Below the pieces are notes generated by a model that saw only the letters and a list, made by a program, of their open reading frames with translations, was not told the origin of the DNA and made no database searches. Positions 59,829-64,000 of a DNA stretch of 64,000 nucleotides are shown here, in pieces; position 1 is the stretch's first letter, and each line of letters opens with the position of its first letter. The translations under genes and the position numbers were made by a program. The stretch is from an uncultured SAR86 cluster bacterium (GTDB lineage: Bacteria > Pseudomonadota > Gammaproteobacteria > Magnimaribacterales > AG-339-G14): positions 136,618 through 200,617 of the forward strand of contig CACEVU010000002.1 in NCBI GenBank assembly GCA_902563105.1. Direction: 5' to 3'.

Positions 59829-60197
59829 CTAAATAACCTCCGGTGCAAGAGAAATTATTCTCATAAAATCTTTGCTTCTAAGCTCTCTTGAAACTGGACC
59901 AAAAATCCTTGTCCCAATGGGTTGTTTTTGAGTATTCACTAAAACAGCAGCATTATCGTCAAACCTGATGCTAGAACCATCTTCCCTCTTGATATCTTTT
60001 TTGGTTCTTACGACCACAGCTTCGGCTACCTGACCTTTTTTAACCCTTCCAGTTGGAATAGCTTCTTTAATGGCAACTTTTATAACGTCTCCAACCCGAG
60101 CATATCTTCTTTTAGAGCCCCCGAGAACTTTAATGCACATGACCTTTCTAGCACCACTGTTGTCTGCAATTTCGAGTATGGTTTGAGTCTGAATCAT
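59829..60197 (-). CDS. rplN: 50S ribosomal protein L14
   Basis: [28 protein letters not shown]. Confidence 0.97.
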   Translation of the reverse strand: MIQTQTILEIADNSGARKVMCIKVLGGSKRRYARVGDVIKVAIKEAIPTGRVKKGQVAEAVVVRTKKDIKREDGSSIRFDDNAAVLVNTQKQPIGTRIFGPVSRELRSKDFMRIISLAPEVI

Positions 60198-60199
60198 TT

Positions 60200-60463
60200 T
60201 TATTCAATCCCCTCAAAAACCTTAAGGACTTCGACAATTTTCCAAGATTTAGACTTAGAATGGGGTTTGCATTCCACAATCTTTACTTTGTCACCTAAAT
60301 TACTTGCATTTTCTTCATCGTGAAAGCTTACTTTTGAAGAGCGCTTAATAATTTTTCCAAGGGTTTTGTGCCTAACACTTCTCTGAATAAGAGCCACTCT
60401 AGATTTATTTCCGGAAACACTTACAACCGACCCTACTAAGGTTCTTTCTACTGCATCGTTCAT
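60200..60463 (-). CDS. rpsQ: 30S ribosomal protein S17
   Basis: 87 aa, [41 protein letters not shown]. Confidence 0.95.
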   Translation of the reverse strand: MNDAVERTLVGSVVSVSGNKSRVALIQRSVRHKTLGKIIKRSSKVSFHDEENASNLGDKVKIVECKPHSKSKSWKIVEVLKVFEGIE

Positions 60464-60630
60464 TTTTCTGTGTCCATTTTTTCTTTAGTTTTTAACCTTG
60501 CAATATCTTTTCTTATTTCGGATAACTTATGCGTTTCCTTAAGAGAGCCCGAACTATTTTTTAATTTAAGATCAAGATATTCCATGCTTAACTTTTCAAA
60601 TTCTGAGAGATTTGCTTTTTTCTTAGCCAC
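60460..60630 (-). CDS. rpmC: 50S ribosomal protein L29
   Basis: Not in the ORF track (56 aa). Hand translation gives (GTG)[56 protein letters not shown], with no in-frame stop. The GTG start overlaps the rplP TAG by 1 nt, and the TGA stop overlaps the rpsQ ATG (ATGA). Correct position between rplP and rpsQ. Confidence 0.85.
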   Translation of the reverse strand: MAKKKANLSEFEKLSMEYLDLKLKNSSGSLKETHKLSEIRKDIARLKTKEKMDTEK

Positions 60631-61043
60631 TAAACTGATCTCCTTTGAATAAATTTCGTTCCAACAGGTAGTTTTGCTGCAGCTAGAGTTAAAGCCTCTC
60701 TTGCAATTGACTCATCTACACCTTCCATTTCATAAAGAATTCTTCCAGGTTTAATTGGGCACACCCAATATTCAACATTTCCTTTTCCTTTTCCCTGTCT
60801 AACCTCTAGAGGTTTTTTAGTTATAGGTTTGTCAGGGAAGATTCTTATCCAAATTTTTGCTCCTCTCTTTACATGCCTAGTCATAGCTCTTCGAGCAGCT
60901 TCAATTTGTCTAGAGGTTATTTGCCCCCTGGAAGTAGCCTTAAGACCAAAAGCACCAAAATCAAGAGAATTAGCTTTTTGAGCTAGCCCTCTATTTCGAC
61001 CTTTCATTTGTTTTCTATATTTTGTTCTTTTTGGTTGAAACAT
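60630..61043 (-). CDS. rplP: 50S ribosomal protein L16
   Basis: [43 protein letters not shown]. Confidence 0.97.
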   Translation of the reverse strand: MFQPKRTKYRKQMKGRNRGLAQKANSLDFGAFGLKATSRGQITSRQIEAARRAMTRHVKRGAKIWIRIFPDKPITKKPLEVRQGKGKGNVEYWVCPIKPGRILYEMEGVDESIAREALTLAAAKLPVGTKFIQRRSV

Positions 61044-61048
61044 AACTT

Positions 61049-61699
61049 TTAATTTTCAGTTTTCTTAGCTTTCGTTGAAATTTCTCCCCTGCATATCCAA
61101 ACTTTAACCCCAATAATTCCATAAGTAGTTTTTGCCTCAGCAAGTCCATAATCTATATCTGCTTTTAAAGTATGCAGAGGCACTCTACCTTCTTTGTGCC
61201 ATTCTGCCCTAGCTATCTCAGCACCACCCAATCTCCCAGCGACTCTCACTTTTACGCCTTGAGCACCTTGGCGCATAGTATTTTGAGCTGATCTTTTGAT
61301 AACTCTTCTGAACATTGCTCGCCTTTCAAGTTGAACAGCTATATTTGCTGCGACTAATTGTGCGTCTAAATCTGGTTTTCTAATTTCTTGAATATTAAGA
61401 CTGACCGGCACTTCCATTAATTTAGTAAGTTCATCTCTAAGACGGTCAATATCCTCTCCCTTTTTTCCTATGATCATTCCTGGTCTAGAAGTATGAATAG
61501 TAACTTTTCCGCTCTGAGAGGGTCGCTCTATTTCAATTTTACTTACAAAAGAGTTGTCTAGCTCCTTTCTTAGAAACTCTCTAACAGCAAAATCGTTTAG
61601 TAAAAGCTCTTGGTACTTATCTTTCTCAGCATACCAAGTTGAATTGTGTTTTCTTGAAATTCCAAGTCTTATACCAATTGGGTTTACTTTCTGTCCCAT
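61049..61699 (-). CDS. rpsC: 30S ribosomal protein S3
   Basis: [15 protein letters not shown] domain [19 protein letters not shown]. Confidence 0.97.
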   Translation of the reverse strand: MGQKVNPIGIRLGISRKHNSTWYAEKDKYQELLLNDFAVREFLRKELDNSFVSKIEIERPSQSGKVTIHTSRPGMIIGKKGEDIDRLRDELTKLMEVPVSLNIQEIRKPDLDAQLVAANIAVQLERRAMFRRVIKRSAQNTMRQGAQGVKVRVAGRLGGAEIARAEWHKEGRVPLHTLKADIDYGLAEAKTTYGIIGVKVWICRGEISTKAKKTEN

Positions 61700-62041
61700 C
61701 TAATTTTTCTCACTTCCTAAAGTTATATTTACGTGACAGCTTCTTTTTTGAATTCTGTCGGCTCTACCTCTTGCTCGGGCTTGAATTCTCTTCAAAATAA
61801 AAGATTCGTCTACCCTTATCTCTGAAATATATAGATCGTCTATATTTAAACCATTATTGTGTTCAGCATTTGCTACAGCCGATTCTAAGAGTTTTAGCAC
61901 ATTTGTAGCAGAGGACTTTTTACTGAAAGATAGTATATCTATAGCTTCTTCGATTTTTTTTCCACGAATCTGATCAGCAACCAATCTGACCTTATATGGA
62001 GATATAGTTAGCTTGCTTAATTTTGCTTTTACTTCAGTCAT
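61700..62041 (-). CDS. rplV: 50S ribosomal protein L22
   Basis: [35 protein letters not shown]. Confidence 0.96.
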   Translation of the reverse strand: MTEVKAKLSKLTISPYKVRLVADQIRGKKIEEAIDILSFSKKSSATNVLKLLESAVANAEHNNGLNIDDLYISEIRVDESFILKRIQARARGRADRIQKRSCHVNITLGSEKN

Positions 62042-62043
62042 AA

Positions 62044-62316
62044 TTATCCTGCCTGTCTATCACCAGAATGCATTTTAAAAGTTCTTGTAGGGACGAATTC
62101 TCCAAGTTTGTGTCCAACCATGTCTTCTTTTATTAGAATAGGAACATGCACTCTTCCGTTGTGGATTGCAATTGTAAGGTTCACCATATCTGGAGTTATC
62201 ATTGATCTTCTCGACCAAGTTTTTATTGGTCTTTTACTTTTCTCCTCTATGGCCTTTTGAACTTTACCTTCAAGATGATGATCTACAAAAGGTCCTTTTT
62301 TTAACGATCTAACCAT
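62044..62316 (-). CDS. rpsS: 30S ribosomal protein S19
   Basis: [43 protein letters not shown]. Confidence 0.97.
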   Translation of the reverse strand: MVRSLKKGPFVDHHLEGKVQKAIEEKSKRPIKTWSRRSMITPDMVNLTIAIHNGRVHVPILIKEDMVGHKLGEFVPTRTFKMHSGDRQAG

Positions 62317-63140
62317 TACTTTTTCCTTCTCCTAATTATCAAAGAATCTGTTCTTTTGTTGCTTCTAGTTCTAAAACCTTTTGTAGGAACGCCCCAAGGT
62401 GAAACTGGATGTCTTCCCCCAGAAGTCTTTCCCTCTCCTCCTCCATGAGGATGATCAATAGGATTCATAGCTACTCCCCTTACTGTAGGTCTAACTCCCT
62501 TCCATCTTTTAGCGCCAGCTTTGCCATAGGATTTTAAAGAATGCTCTTGATTGGATACTTCACCTATAGTGGCTCTACAATCTATTAAAACCTTTCTTAC
62601 CTCTCCGCTTTTTAACCTCAAAGTTGCATATTGACCTTCTTTAGCAATATATTGCACGTAAGTTCCCGCACTTCTTGCTAATTGGGCCCCTTTACCTGGT
62701 TTGAGTTCAATACAATGCAAAATACTCCCCACAGGAATATCTTTCAAAAGCAAAGTATTGCCAACATCCACTGTTGCTTCTGACCCAGACAATACAAGAT
62801 CATTAACTTTTAGACCTTTTGGCGAAATAATGTATCTTCTTTCTCCATCTTTATAGAGTAATAGAGCTATAAAGGAGGATCGGTTTGGATCATATTCAAT
62901 TCTTTCTACTTTTGCGGGGATGTTATCTTTGTCCCTTTTAAAGTCGATTATTCTATAATGTTGCTTATGTCCTCCCCCGATATGGCGGGTAGTAATTCGA
63001 CCAGAATTATTTCTTCCACCAGTCTTATTTTTTCTTGTCAATAAGGAAGCTAAAGGTCTTCCTTTATAAAGGTCTTTCTCAGTTTGAAGACTTCTAAATC
63101 TTCTCCCTGGTGACGTTGGTTTTGCCTTTACTATTGCCAT
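62316..63140 (-). CDS. rplB: 50S ribosomal protein L2
   Basis: [41 protein letters not shown]. Confidence 0.97.
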   Translation of the reverse strand: MAIVKAKPTSPGRRFRSLQTEKDLYKGRPLASLLTRKNKTGGRNNSGRITTRHIGGGHKQHYRIIDFKRDKDNIPAKVERIEYDPNRSSFIALLLYKDGERRYIISPKGLKVNDLVLSGSEATVDVGNTLLLKDIPVGSILHCIELKPGKGAQLARSAGTYVQYIAKEGQYATLRLKSGEVRKVLIDCRATIGEVSNQEHSLKSYGKAGAKRWKGVRPTVRGVAMNPIDHPHGGGEGKTSGGRHPVSPWGVPTKGFRTRSNKRTDSLIIRRRKK

Positions 63141-63141
63141 T

Positions 63142-63444
63142 TTACTCTTGGATAATTTCTATTCTTTGTTCAGGTTTTAAAGATACGTAAGCTTTTTTCC
63201 AATCGGACTTTCTTCTTATTTTTCCTCTTAGATTCATCATTCTTTTAGTCTTTCCTTTCATATTTAGAATGTTTACTTTTATGACATTCACATCGAATTT
63301 AGCTTCAATAGCTTTTTTTACCTGATTTTTTGTTGCCGATGTATTTACTTTAAATACGTAAGTATTTGCATATTGTCCTACAAGAGATGATTTTTCAGAA
63401 ACAAGCGGTGATTCAATAATTTTATTTGGTATTACATTGCTCAT
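63142..63444 (-). CDS. rplW: 50S ribosomal protein L23
   Basis: 100 aa, [26 protein letters not shown], between rplD and rplB. Confidence 0.94.
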   Translation of the reverse strand: MSNVIPNKIIESPLVSEKSSLVGQYANTYVFKVNTSATKNQVKKAIEAKFDVNVIKVNILNMKGKTKRMMNLRGKIRRKSDWKKAYVSLKPEQRIEIIQE

Positions 63445-64000
63445 GATAATTTCTCTTCAATAAGCCCAAGACAGTTTTCAGATATGATAATGGGATTGAA
63501 CTTAAGTAAATTTATTGGATTCAGTGAAGTTGGGCTTGTTACATTGACGTTGGGTAAATTTCTTGAAGCTAAATTTAGATTTTTAGAAATTTCCTCAACT
63601 ATAAAAAGGCCTTCATTGAGTTCATTTTTATGTAAGTAGTCTAAAAAATCTTTTGTTTTTGGATTTTCTATATTAATTTGCTCCGATAAGAAAATTTTAT
63701 TCTCTTTCGCTAAAGACGAAAAAATTGAACGCATTGCAGATTTATACATTTTCTTGTTCATCTTTTTAGGTTTTGCTGACTTTGAAGCTGCAGGGAAAAC
63801 TACTCCCCCTCCTCTCCAAAGCGGACTTCTTGAGGTACCTGCTCTTGCTCTTCCTGTGCCCTTTTGGCGCCATGGTTTCTTTCCGCCTCCTCTGACCGCA
63901 GATCTATTTTTTTGAGCTTTAGTTCCAGGATGACCGTTCTCGATATAAATTTTTATCAATTGAGCAATGAGATCAGTATTGACCTCGACACCAAAAATTT
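63441..64000 (-). CDS. rplD: 50S ribosomal protein L4 (5' end beyond window)
   Basis: GGGKKPWRQKGTGRARAGTSRSPLWRGGG. The frame stays open upstream of the ORF-track TTG (..FFGVEVNTDLIAQLIKIY..), aligning with E. coli L4 residues around 18-35, so the true start lies outside the window. Confidence 0.93.
   Translation of the reverse strand, partial: IFGVEVNTDLIAQLIKIYIENGHPGTKAQKNRSAVRGGGKKPWRQKGTGRARAGTSRSPLWRGGGVVFPAASKSAKPKKMNKKMYKSAMRSIFSSLAKENKIFLSEQINIENPKTKDFLDYLHKNELNEGLFIVEEISKNLNLASRNLPNVNVTSPTSLNPINLLKFNPIIISENCLGLIEEKLS

Noticed and set aside
1-64000. CRISPR arrays, tandem or interspersed repeats, IS elements, additional tRNA/rRNA genes, and defence or toxin-antitoxin modules.
   Set aside because: Reading through all spacers over 30 nt, and all ORFs without a housekeeping assignment, I found no repeat-spacer periodicity, no terminal inverted repeats, no transposase or integrase, and no tRNA-like T-arm other than that of the tmRNA. 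The window appears to be ordinary core genome.

Overview
This window is almost entirely core housekeeping DNA from an AT-rich, highly compacted gammaproteobacterial genome. I estimate about 97% coding, with many 1-14 nt gene overlaps. Gene order follows the Pseudomonas/E. coli pattern in several blocks. These are dapD; lptG-lptF next to pepA-holC-valS; holD-rimI; and leuA. A long envelope and replication block follows: tilS-accA-dnaE-rnhB-lpxB-lpxA-fabZ-lpxD-skp-bamA-rseP-dxr-cdsA-uppS-frr-tsf-rpsB. After it come dapB-dnaJ-dnaK-grpE-fur next to bamE, then smpB-ssrA(tmRNA), rpsT, and proB-obgE-rpmA-rplU. The last blocks are fabA-fabB, ssb next to uvrA, and a contiguous S10-spc-alpha ribosomal protein operon from rplD to rplQ, cut at the window edge. 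Two ribosomal genes missing from the ORF track, rpmJ and rpmC, and the tmRNA were recovered by hand translation and alignment. I see no CRISPR array, transposase, integrase, prophage, toxin-antitoxin pair or recognisable defence genes. I do not see a convincing candidate for a new biological system. The findings are modest. They cover a compositional step at about 4.2 kb, a HupE/UreJ fusion protein paired with a parvulin-like protein, and a DnaJ with a degenerate first zinc-finger motif. They also cover collapsed synteny (pyrH, recN and ratAB absent from their conserved positions), extreme head-to-head and tail-to-tail gene packing, and a GT25 glycosyltransferase placed directly against the tmRNA 3' end. 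All GC figures are hand-sampled estimates. All homology calls rest on motifs and remembered reference sequences, not on searches.
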